In this document: positions 1-11,093 of the stretch, piece by piece | Layout of the letters: each line of letters starts with the position of its first letter | Numbering within the stretch: the stretch's first letter is position 1 | Assembly (NCBI GenBank): GCA_900088475.1 | Contig: FLMG01004374.1 | Span: 168,452-232,451 of the forward strand | DNA: 64,000 nucleotides | DNA from: Hyphochytrium catenoides | Lineage: Eukaryota; Protista; Hyphochytriomycota | Direction of reading: 5' to 3' | Made by a program: the position numbers and the translations under genes | Notes under the pieces: model-generated | What the model was told of the DNA's origin: nothing | What the model saw: the letters and a program-made list of their open reading frames with translations, nothing else | Database searches by the model: none

Positions 1-1610
1 CCAGCTCCTGCACAGCCTCGCCTAGGAGCTAGACGTAGGGAATAGTTGTCATATCTTCCAGCATCAGAGACTAATTGCCAGGCGAGACAACCTAGGCTTA
101 CATGGGATAGCTTCATCATATAGAGGAGGTGGGGAAATTTCCTACGAGCCAGCTTTATGATCCGTGAAAGCGAAAGCCCACGGCGAGGATTGCCAGCTTC
201 TCGAATTGTTTCTTGGACGATTTCCACGAATTGATTGTGAATATCAGGTCGCGACGAGCGCAAACCCTTTCCAAGCTTGACAAGGTTCCGCCACTTGTCC
301 TACGACGTTATCTGTGTTAGAGAGTATGCGACCAGCCTATTCGAACTCTGACAGCAAGGTCATCTGCGTCGACACTTTTGTCCACTTGTATTCCACAATA
401 TCCTCCTGACCACGATAGTACTCCCTACCTTCATGTCCACATTCCTCCGCCCATGCTGCTGAAGCACGGGTCCCAAACTGGGATCATGAAGGATTGCACT
501 CCATTGGCCTTTCCCATAAATTTTCACTCCTTCAACAAGAGCGTGGACTTCCTCCTCAGTCCAGGCTATACGAGAGCGTGACGGCGAGTCTGCGTCAACA
601 ATCTTTCTTGACTTACGTGTCGCCCTAATTTTCAGGATATCAGCCGAGGAAGACGGAGAAGATAAACTATGCCTTACCTTTTGGATGGGATAGGACCTGA
701 CCGCTTATTGGGGCTTCGTCGCTTACGACCGGGTCCCTCCTCCTCATCCTCTGTTTCTTGGCTGTCATCAGCGTAATTCAGACCCTCATCCTCTTCGTCT
801 CCGTGGGGTTTCTTCGGTGTCTCTTGTGATCTAGGAGATTGTTGAGATGCTTGTGCCCAGAGATTTCTGCGCTGTCGAATCCTGTCCTGGTCATGCTTCA
901 GCAGCCACCTCCATTTATCCTAGGTCACTGTCATTAGATTCTCACCATCCAAGAGTAAAAGAGCCTCTATCCAACCTTAAGGTCAATGTTGCTTCTTCTG
1001 CCCAACTTTGCGCCGTAATCCTCATCTGCCAGAATCATCCTCCAGTTACCTAGTCCATATTCTTCGATTGCATCCAAAAGTGCTTCCACCTCGTCATCAT
1101 CCCATCGTGTCCGTTGCTGTCTAGATGGGGTAACAGCAGGACTCTCACCACCTCTGCTCCTTCGCTTTCGTTGAGTAGGAGTAGAGTACGAAACCTTCTT
1201 CGCGGGAGATTGCTTTAAGGGGCTACTATATATAACATTCTTAGGGGTCTTCTCTCGGCGAGGTATGGGAGACCTGCGTGGTGGACTAAGAGCTGAGAGA
1301 TCATATTGCTTGGAGAGAATCCGCCATCGGTCCTGGAAACAAACGGCATTAGTACTTGCAGGTTTACCTACGCCAGGCAAATGTGGAAAACCCGACTCAC
1401 TTTAAGCTGAATGTTCGACTTCTCTGCAAGCACGGCGCCGAGCTCTCTATCCTTCAGTATGTTTGCCCAACATCCATAACTATCCCCATACTTCTTCCAG
1501 CCATGAAGGAGGGCTAAGTCTTCCGCCTTCGTCCACCTCTTTCTCTTGCGGTGACTATCTTCATCTTCATGAAAGCCCGGTAGACCATCTTTCGAGCCCG
1601 TAGTACCCAT
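1..1610 (-). CDS. Telomere repeat-binding-like protein: three telobox (TRF/TRB-type) Myb domains followed by a linker-histone H1/H5-like winged-helix domain. The 3' end runs off the window and the 5' exons (up to about 2.2 kb) are unresolved.
   Basis: Spliced translation gives three repeats: RKRWTKAEDLALLHGWKKYG..WANIL..KSNIQLK|DRWRIL, RTRWDDDEVEALLDAIEEYGLGNWRMIL..RRSNIDLK|DKWRWL and RIAWTEEEVHALVEGVKIYGKGQWSAIL..RRNVDMK|DKWRNL. These are followed by NQFVEIVQETIREAGNPRRGLSLSRIIKLARRKFP. GT-AG introns at 1333-1400, 920-975, about 624-677 and 300-428. Confidence 0.85.
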
Positions 1611-2360
1611 ACCTCCACAGCGAACGTTAGAACACTATTGCGATCAAAGTCTCTAAATCTCTTTTCAAGAAAAGGCTTCCTGGCACTAGATGAGCTATTG
1701 TGGCTGGAAAATAAGATAGTGACAGAGATTTGAATTTCGGAGATTCTGATCACTTTCTTGTACGACCTGTAGAACGGGTTGAATTGTCATTGGACTCTGA
1801 AATGGGGAAGAGAAGGGACATTTTGCGGGAAAGCCAGAGCTTCAAGGCTTTTATGTACAACAACGACGAACCACCGTTACTTGTCGTAGTTCCATGGGTG
1901 TATCGTTTGGATTTGTGCCAATTTTTGGGAACAGGGTTTGTCAATTCTAAGTTTGTTTGAGTAAATACAGGTACTGTACTTGTACTTGTTCCTACTTGTT
2001 GGTGCGGCATCGTCCCATCCGTTACTGGGGCCGCCACTTGCAGGACCAGAAACTAACCGAGTGAGTGGAGGTACGGCTGCACCATTGGCATCATGAAGCG
2101 CTGCGTTACCTCGTGGGCCGGGAGCAGAATACGATTCTAATCACCGCACTAGCTCAACATGAAGGTGCAGGGCCACTGCGGTGGTCAATCTGTGTACTGC
2201 GTCTTTGAGCTTATAGTCCTGCCATCGGCTGCAAGAAAGCCCTGCTTGCGGCAGTTTGTTATCTACCCTATCCGGCACAGTTCGGAAGAGTCAAATACTC
2301 GTGAGGACAATGCTAGTGTGAAGATTTGAAGAAGGAGAGTTGGCTAATCAGACTTAGGCC

Positions 2361-4309
2361 ATGGCAGACGGTGCCAATCCCACGATGGCTTCAGTGCCAA
2401 GTGGTGGAATGGTCAAGCAGGCCCCAGTAGCTATTGAAGATCTCTATGCGCCTCTGCTACTCGTCGCGCTGACTGGTTACTGCTCGAGCCTCTACCTTGT
2501 ACATAGAGCTTCTATGACGGTGGCACAATTTGCGTTTGGTATGTCACTGATAGCCGTAATCTTTACTTTGGGTGGCCTGGTAGATTATGAGATACCAGAT
2601 GAGTCACTGCGGCAGCTTCTAGGCTTGGACCCTCGCTTTGCTTATTCAAGGGTGCTGGAAGGCCAATCTGCACGGATGGCCAATTATGCTGCTAAGCTAG
2701 GCCTGCCGTCCGCTGACTCCTTTAGCTTCTTCCTGAGTACTCTACTAGCAAGCGTTGTGGGCACAGGCGTGGTGCTTACTGTCCTTTTCAAGTGTCCTGC
2801 AAATGGAGGCCCAACCGGATGCCTCAATTTACGGCAGAGGCTTCGGTCTCACAATGCATGCATACAACAAAGACTTGGTTCCTTCTCGTCAACGTACATT
2901 GTCTCTTTCGTATCCATTTTCGTCAGCGTTACCTTGAGAATCAATGCACGTCTGAGCGGAAGCGCTATTCAGCCGGCGAATGGGTCGCATCACTGGCGGA
3001 TCGTTATGTCTCCTTCTATAGCCCTAGCTATACATGCAGGAAGTTGCATCATGGTGCTGGTATATTTTGTATTAGATCAGGTGAGACTTTGAATGGCCCT
3101 TTCACTGCGATATGGCGTGTGAGCTGACCTCTCATTTGCAGAGTACATTTATAGAACGACAGACCTACACATATATCAATGAGCCCCTACACAAGCAAGG
3201 CGGCCTGACGAATGTTGCTAGCAAGAGTGAAAGCGAGAGTTCAGCTAGTCCCATCAAAAGTGAACTTTGGTCTGACAGTCATTTGCCCAGTATGCGCTTG
3301 GCGGGGATGAGCCTCAGAAATATGGTAGGCCCTAATCTACGACCAACGTTACAATCTGCATATCTGACGGTGTTCTAGCGGCAGGATGCCATCGGAGATA
3401 CGAATCACCCATCAGGTCAAGGTGGAAGATCTCTAAAAGACAGAAAGCAAAAATCTTCGTCCTCCAGGAGCTCCAGGTCAAAAACAACTGCCAAGGACAA
3501 GCGACAAAAGCTCAACAGAACACCGAGCGGAACCTCTCGATCCGACAAAGGGCGGACAGTACATAGCGATAGCGAAAAGGACGAAGTCCGTGTACCTTCT
3601 CGAAGCCCGAGACAAGGGTCAGGAGGCGCGATGTTCCTGGAAGGCAAAATGGGTGACGAACGTATTGATACACCTCGCCAGGGGTTGCGAAGAAGGCTCC
3701 CGGGGCCGCCTTTAGAGAAGCATCGCCCTCAGGAAACTGGTGATGTGTCACATCTAATTAGCAGTGATAGTGAAGCAGACAGCGGGAAAGAAGGAGGTGG
3801 ACTCTTACCCCGCTCTTGGGCACAGAGACTTAGCCGCATGTCCATTGGAAAGTTAAATAAAGCTCCTGTCGTGGAATCAAAGGCTGTGACGGGTAAGTAT
3901 ATCTTTGTGGTTGTCCGAGGGCGAGAGGGGTTGACAGGTCGATATGGCTCTTTGACTATTAGGTGACGTATCGGCCCTTATTAGCAGCGACAGCTCAGAG
4001 GATGATCACAGAGCCCAAACTGCCAAGGTAAGGCAGTTGCCAATGCAAGACAGTCAGAGACGCTTTAGGAGCTCCCAAGTTGCCGATTCGCAAGGTACGG
4101 GCGGCCTGCAAGACCAAGATTTCACCAAGAAGGTAGCTATCAGCCCTCAGCTTGAGAGTCAAGCGGCTCGGACCGCCATCGGCCTGCCGGGCAGCCCATG
4201 GTCCCGGTATATCGACAGTAGTACTGGAAAGTTTTATTATTACAATCGCCAGACAGGAGAGTCATCATGGACTGTACCGACCATGGCTACAATAGGCATG
4301 TCAATGTAA
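2361..4309 (+). CDS. Multi-pass membrane protein with a long low-complexity cytosolic tail and a C-terminal WW domain (4 exons)
   Basis: ORF 2361-3092 has several hydrophobic segments. It splices in frame (DQ|gtgaga..cag|ST, NM|gtaggc..tag|RQ, TG|gtaagt..tag) to a final exon encoding LPGSPWSRYIDSSTGKFYYYNRQTGESSWTVP, the WW consensus. Confidence 0.75.
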
Positions 4310-4760
4310 CCTAAGTCGTCTCACTGCAGACTGTCTATCCCACACCTTCTGACCGCGCTTGTTACTATCTTCACTTCTGAAAGCTTCACATCAGACCCCT
4401 CCGTCAAGTACAAGCAGCCCCACCTGCGAATGTGCTTCAAGTGCTCTGCCACATATGGCTAGTAGTACAGCACTGCGCTGCACTGTCCCTCCCTCTCCCC
4501 TGTATTTTTATAAAGTACTCCAGTCTCGTAGCTCTCTTTATTGTAGAGTTCTATCAGCGCAAAAGCCCCATTCCCTCGGTTGTTAGAGCTTTATAAGTTG
4601 TGGGGCCAGAACCTTACTCATAATGGGTAAAAGAAAGAGAGGAAGTAGCGCTAGTATTCGATTTCTTTACAAAGGTAGTAGGGTCCACCTAGTGGAAGCG
4701 CATGGCCAATATGGTGTCTTAAGAGACGACTATGGTATTTGCGTCGTCATCAGATCTTCC

Positions 4761-5533
4761 CTACGTACTGCTCGGAGCGATCCGTCCTTCCGCCGATGAT
4801 TTGGCACTGCTTGCCGTCATTCCCCTTGCCTTGATCTTCTTGGATGCCGCCCTACAAAAACATAAACGTAATTAAAGGATAGCTCTTGCAGAGATAAGTG
4901 TCGATCTTACGCATTCTTTGGCGAAGCTCTCATCTGAACAGTTGTCATGTCGTTGGTGCTAGCTTCAAACACATCGATCCTGCCGGTAATGGCTGGTCCA
5001 AGCATCTCTCGGAGCACATAAGCGAGCAAATTTACCCAAGCGTCAACAACCACAAAGGTCGCCTCCTTCCCCAAGCAAAAAGAGACAGCTGTGATCAGTG
5101 TCTCTAGATAAACACTGTACATCCACGGTCTAATCTTCTGCATAGCTCCTTTGGTCCTACAGTGCATCTTGCCAACTTCCCGAATTCTCCGGGATGTGCC
5201 GACAATGTCAACTGCATCAATGGTTGTAACGAACTCCATTGCAGCAGCAAGCACTTTTCCCTTTTTCTTTAGACTCCCGTCAAAAATTGCTTCGAAGGCT
5301 TTGGTTCTCTCATACAGTCGGTTGTAAAACTGGTCATAGAAGAAGACAACGCCGGTCGTCCCGCTAATCTGCTTCTCTTTGATATTCACCCAGGATCTTC
5401 GACAGACCTCGACGACAGCGGGTGTAACCATTGGCGTGATTGGGAATGTAGGCGGAAAGTAATGTTCAACCATGGCATCTTCGCCGATATTCAGATCATC
5501 TTGTCCTCCGTCATTACTCCCTGCGTTACCCAT
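4761..5533 (-). CDS. Single-domain globin with an N-terminal myristoylation motif (2 exons)
   Basis: The N-terminus is MGNAGS. Globin motifs: A-helix CRRSW, B-helix VFFYDQFYNRLYE, CD Phe (AIF), proximal His in VGKMH, G-helix IRPWMY, H-helix DAWVNLL. An intron (gc|gtaaga..tgtag) leads to a short basic tail ending at a TAG at 4761. Confidence 0.85.
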
Positions 5534-6399
5534 GGTTTAAGACCGCGATGCTGAAACTAAATATGCACTAATGTCCGTGGCACGAATTGGAGGGAGCGCC
5601 TAGTCAATCCTCTCAATTATTCGCAGTGAAGCCGATATCTCGCATTAGCTTTTTGCTCGACCGTCCTTTTACATGCAGCCGACAAGCAGATATTTGATAG
5701 TGGCAGCAGCTCCAGAGAGTGAGGTATGGGCGCGGATATTGCAATGTGTGGGCGCAGGTGGAGAAACGAGGAACCTCTTCATTCCCCTTCTTTGGTCGAC
5801 ACAGTAGATGCTGCTTCTGGGAGGCGCTCTACTTTCGCAGATCTTGTCCATGCTTTCACCTCTTGACTGGCTCATCACTCTCCATTCCCGGTTGACAAAA
5901 GATTGTTCATGAACGACACCACTAACCAGGTGCACGGGCACAGCTACACATTCGGAGTCCATAGTGTGTAGAGCTAAGTCTAACGCTAACCCTAACCCTT
6001 ATCAGGGAGAAACGTGGCCCATCCTGGCTTCGACGACCTGTGTGAGTCCTAGAATGTTCTTGGAGAGATAGGTAAGTGCCTGCAGTAAGTGGCATCTCAT
6101 CCCCATCATCCATATGATAGAAAGGAGCTGACGACCCTCTTCATTGTTACTGAGTAATTCTGGCGGAAGATGGTGGTCCATGACCCTGCCTGATCATGAA
6201 GGATGATACCATGGGGATTGATGGAGGCCGAGATGGGTGTAACCGACGAGTTGCTGAATCATGTCCTATGTGCAATGCAAGTTCTTAGGTCCGAGGGCGG
6301 AGGTGGCTACTGCTTCCTTCTACATTAAAACCCTGTTGCCGTGATGACAGTAGTAGTGTAGTAGTAGTGCTTGGGCATGAGTCATGGGGAGTCAGGAGT

Positions 6400-9070
6400 C
6401 AGGTATTCTATAAGAACCAAGGAAACGGTAGTTGACAAAGTGTTGAGTAGTTCTAATATCAGCTTTATACACAGCAGCAGGGCCTGTGGTATCAACAAGA
6501 TTCACAACGTCACAAGTGACTCGGCCGCAGACAAGGTGACCACGGACTACCATGCCGGCGAAGTACCTCCAGAACGAGTACTTGAGCGTAAATCATAAAT
6601 TATATCAACCTCCAGCATGAAGGTCAAGGTGTAGGGAAAGAATCCTTGGGTACAAAGGACAATGTAGCAATGGCTATTTGTAGAACAAGGTGTAACCGTT
6701 CTGACGGTCGCTGAAGTCTGCGTCTCTCGTTATTACACAGCAGGTAACCCACCATATCTCCAACTTGGTGAGGCCATCCTCATCTGCAGTTCCTCTTCCT
6801 TCTTGATCGTCACCACTCGACTCTCCTTGAACAGAGAGCAGACTTATTACATTGATAGGTTGTTGGTAATCACCATCTCCTTACATTTCACATACAAAGG
6901 GGTTGTTCTAGTGACTTAGTAAGCCAGCGACGAAGAGGTGTTCAGAAGCACCATCACAGCAAGGAGACGTCAACCAGGTTTTAGCTGTAGTATGCGGTGT
7001 ATGTATCCTTCAATGTAAATAATGGTAGACTGGTTCCTCAGCTCTCTTTACTAAATTGTTGCCAGCAAAGTCGTGGACGATGGGGCAGAACACTCCTCGC
7101 GACATCGATAGTGAGACATTTCTTGCAATCCTCTTCGAGGTGACAGTACCAACTCTCAGAAGTGGTTTCGTCAGAATTAGCTCATTCTCCTTGTTGGTTT
7201 TGTCGCCGTACCTAAAAGTATTTTTGAGTTTGCGACACAGCCGCAAGAGTCCTTCTCTTCCAGTCAGCCCATGGTAACTCCTGAAGTTGTGAAGTTTGGT
7301 TTGGCTCAAAGGACGAGCAGCTATCAGCGAAGAAGAGCAGTGGTCGTTTCCACAAGTGGCTTGTTCACCTATGTCGGATTTGCTGGCTACATTTAGTTAG
7401 TAGTATTGCTTCAGTCTGTCTAGGACGCATCGCTTTCTGTCAGGGACTCCATGCATATTGTTCACGATGGAAGGATGATTGAAAGTGCCGCTCCCGGAAT
7501 TGGATCAAGACAATAACCCTCGTCCTTCTTTTAAATCTGCTTGTCAAGGAACTCCGACCGACGAAGAGTGAGATGAGACACGATCACTGGCTAAAATCTG
7601 TGGCAGGAATGTGAGTTCTCGACTGCATGATAACCAAAAATCTATCTTCACTTGTTGATATCACTCTCATGTCTTTCTGGCTCTCCAGGGTATCGTGAAC
7701 AACTCCCACTGCTCGAGCGAGCAGTCAAGAGTGTCAAGCACATGCCTATCATAATCATATCTCCTCCCACCGTCATACGTGACCCGCTAGTCTCATTTAT
7801 TAAGTTTATTAGTATTTGCTGGCAGCAGAGATTGGGGACTCCTCTTTCCCGCACCTGCCGTACCGCCTCCTATCTAAAAGTCGAATACAGCTTTCCTTGC
7901 TACTCTTAATAAGCAAGTAATAACTTCTACACAACCGGAGTGATGAGGAGCGATAACTCAAAAGCCAGTCTACTTACACCTTTTCTTCTAACTTCAAGGT
8001 GCATCAAGGGTACCTGGCTTTCTCGTGACTGCAGTAGCGTAAGAGCAGACTCCTCTCATTATACTCTTTTGGCCTTCCCAGTCGTCCTTGAAACCTACTA
8101 CGGGCTACATTTTGCTGTTGTTAAATCGCTCTTGACGAAGGCCACTGCGTGCAGTGGTTCATCAACGGGAAATGCTCTAGGTTCCTCTTCCATCTGAGCT
8201 CGAAGCTTCTTTTTGGGATGGGACATCCCTTTCATGACAATCATCCATCATTGACAAGACGACTCTTTCAAGCTTCTTTGAAGACATACTTACACTTGCG
8301 CCAAATCATTGGTTGACGAGATGATACTTCCAGCACTGGGTGTAATAAGGCCTCTATAATCCAACGCCTGCGCTGTCCATTGTCTTTTTATCTTCCTTGA
8401 TCAAGGACTCTTTTAGATCATTGATGTGAAAGATGAGTTTCTCTTGAACAAAAAATGCAGGAAGCGTCCTCCTTGTTCTTTCTTTCAGTTGTATCTCTTG
8501 GAAGAATAGAACTTGTTACTTCTACTACCATTGTGTACAGGTACAGTAATAGCGGGTTCTAGACCTCAATCCTCTTTGGCGTTGTCCGACCAGCAGCATC
8601 TTGCTCCCAGACAAGTTTTTTGGTCCGCTGGCTTGGAAGTTATCGTCCTTACTACTAAAACTAGTAGTTCTATCACTCAGTTTGAAAGGAAGAGGTGCTA
8701 CAAGGTTCTTTCCTACCAATAATAAGAGGGTCTGGTTTATCCTCTAGCTCTATGTCGCCAGTTTACCCAACGCTCCAAACAGGCTAATAAGTAGCAGATA
8801 GAGTTATTAGGGTCCGACCTGTACAGCGCATTGTGGAAGTGCTAAACCCAACTACCCCTGACACTATTGAGAATATTACCGATGAGGGTATAGAATGGAA
8901 ACGCGATGGCCGAGGAGATTCGTAACCTTCCCGATAGGTAAACGAAAGACCCTGATGACGGGAAATTCGCGTTGTGATTGGTTGTCTGCCGTCCTCCTCG
9001 GTCCTTCGCGCTTCTTGGAAATCCTGCTTGCTCGCCGCATCCTTCCTCCCTCCTCCCTCCCTCAGCATCC
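6400..9070 (-). mobile_element. Highly degenerate Ty3/gypsy-like LTR retrotransposon pol relic
   Basis: The minus strand has no long ORF but shows motif fragments in gypsy order: protease-like VIFSIVSG (about 8.86 kb), RT-like KRQWTAQALDYRGL (about 8.36 kb), RNase H-like HIPATD (about 7.61 kb), integrase-like YHGLTG...IVHDFAG (7.06-7.28 kb) and VGDMVG (about 6.75 kb). No LTR pair found. Confidence 0.5.
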
Positions 9071-9696
9071 GCGGCCTGGCCTAGTCACTCACTCACTCTA
9101 GCTCCGTGCAGCCATAGCTATGTCTTTTATTATGTCGTGTTGACGTGCTGGTGAGTGCTACCCTCACTAGGACCAAAGTGCTCTTCCTCCACGTTGTAGC
9201 TTCGTAGCTCCAGATGGCGCTGGCAATTGTCTTACTGCGACGCAGACGGAAATTCCATTGATGACTCGTTCGGAGAGCTAGAACTGTACCTTCTTTAATG
9301 CCGCTACCTTGCAGCAGAATCAGCATCACACCACCACCACCACGGCTCTCTTTCCCACTGGCCTTCTCAAAGCCAAGCCACATTATCATCTCATTTCAAG
9401 AGCGGCGCTTCGGTCTACGCTTGCAGATGTCTAGTTAGCTTGGCCTACTTTTCTAAACCAACCTCAGACGGCAATTCTCATTCGTGGATCAACAAAAAGG
9501 CTTTCTCATTCTGTACATCATTGTCGCCATGAAGGATGAGTTGACGCAAATGACCCCTCTTCTCTTGGGCTTTACTTACTAAAACACGCCAAGCAACAGT
9601 TGGAAGGGCTTGGTACGGGTGCGATAACGCGTCTCCCATCATTTAAGCAGGCGAAAGGGAGTTCTTGTGCTGCGTATCTTTATCACGCAATAAGCC

Positions 9697-10998
9697 ATGG
9701 CTGGGGTCTGTGCGTTTCCCATGACGGGCATCGACTGTGGTACTCCCTACGCGTTAGTAGTAGGGAAGGTCAATGAGGCATGGCAGATTACCTATCTGGC
9801 TCTTGGAGTTTTTCTAGCTGCAGTGTCAGGGTATCAGTTACCAAGAATGTTCTGTCACGGAGCATCTGTGCAAAGGCTATTGGCGGCTACTGGCCTGGCT
9901 GCATCTCTCACCCTCTTGGGACGCGCACTAGACCCGTTTGGTTACCTTGGCCTCTTGCCAAGAACAGTGGTCTTGTTCAGCTCATCGCTGTACAATTCAA
10001 TAGTTTATGGTGCCATTTTCGGCAGTGTGTACATTATAGCTAAGGAAAACGAGGGAGTATTTTCGAGGCTAGCCAAACCCCTTTCTATCACCACATTGGT
10101 GAATGTAGGCGCTCTTTTAGCGGTGGACAACGGCTTGGCTCTGCAGGGGCTATCATCTTCCGAGGTACGCTGCTATCTGGAGGTATCCTCTGGCGTCGTA
10201 CAGATATTAGCGGGGACTTATTTCTTAGTGGTATGGCTCCAAGGGTGTGCTATCCTAAGGTCTAGAATGCCTCTAGAGCAGATGAGTCCTGAGACAGTGA
10301 TGGCCACTCCTAGGTCATCAAGGGCCAGCTTTGCACAGGCTGCTGCGCTCTCTGAAAATAAGGGTTCTTCTCCACAAGCAGCCGAGACTGGGCTAAAGTA
10401 TTTACAAGGCGTAGAACCACGCCGTCGACATCGTGTGTCGTGTGCTCTATTGCGCAGCATGAGTCCTTTCCATCAGATGATTTGCGTCTCCATAAGTCTC
10501 ATCACTGGCCTCGGTGCTCTTCAGATGGCTATCAGCCTGAGGGCGCTGAACGGACGGTCCATTTTGCCGTGGATGGCTTGGGACAGTTACCAGGACTCTC
10601 TAGCTTTGGGAATGGCACCATCTGTGGCAGATGACGCAACCTACAAAGAAATAGCAGGATGGGTAGTGCTGATGGCAATGCTTTGGACATCCTCTAAAAT
10701 CCATTCGTCCAACAGCCCATATGCCACGGACACCCCAGTTACCTACACCGAGGACAATGTGAAGGCAAAGACTTATCTTTCGGTCTCACGCTCCTTACTC
10801 TCCTTGCCGCGATCAACCTACCGTGCTGGCAATGTACCCTCTATAATTAGCGGCCAGCAGTCCGTGGGAGCCTCATTTCCGCAGTTTTCATCAACCTTAT
10901 CACAGCCCTCAGACTACTCTACCGCTTATCTGACGGGCACATATACTAACTGTTCGTCTACTCCGTCGTCGGCCTCCTACAAGCACCTGAAGATGTAA
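9697..10998 (+). CDS. Intronless multi-pass (about 7 TM, GPCR/TOM1-like) membrane protein, 433 aa
   Basis: Uninterrupted ORF with about 7 hydrophobic segments, an RALDPFGYLG loop motif, a long polar third loop and a Ser/Thr-rich C-terminal tail. Confidence 0.65.
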   Translation: MAGVCAFPMTGIDCGTPYALVVGKVNEAWQITYLALGVFLAAVSGYQLPRMFCHGASVQRLLAATGLAASLTLLGRALDPFGYLGLLPRTVVLFSSSLYNSIVYGAIFGSVYIIAKENEGVFSRLAKPLSITTLVNVGALLAVDNGLALQGLSSSEVRCYLEVSSGVVQILAGTYFLVVWLQGCAILRSRMPLEQMSPETVMATPRSSRASFAQAAALSENKGSSPQAAETGLKYLQGVEPRRRHRVSCALLRSMSPFHQMICVSISLITGLGALQMAISLRALNGRSILPWMAWDSYQDSLALGMAPSVADDATYKEIAGWVVLMAMLWTSSKIHSSNSPYATDTPVTYTEDNVKAKTYLSVSRSLLSLPRSTYRAGNVPSIISGQQSVGASFPQFSSTLSQPSDYSTAYLTGTYTNCSSTPSSASYKHLKM

Positions 10999-11093
10999 CG
11001 CTCTGCTAGCTGTATTATATACTCTTTTTGTGATAGATGTACCTAATAAACTCCTACGATAAATTCTTACGCTTTTTTGTACATAACTAGTGA

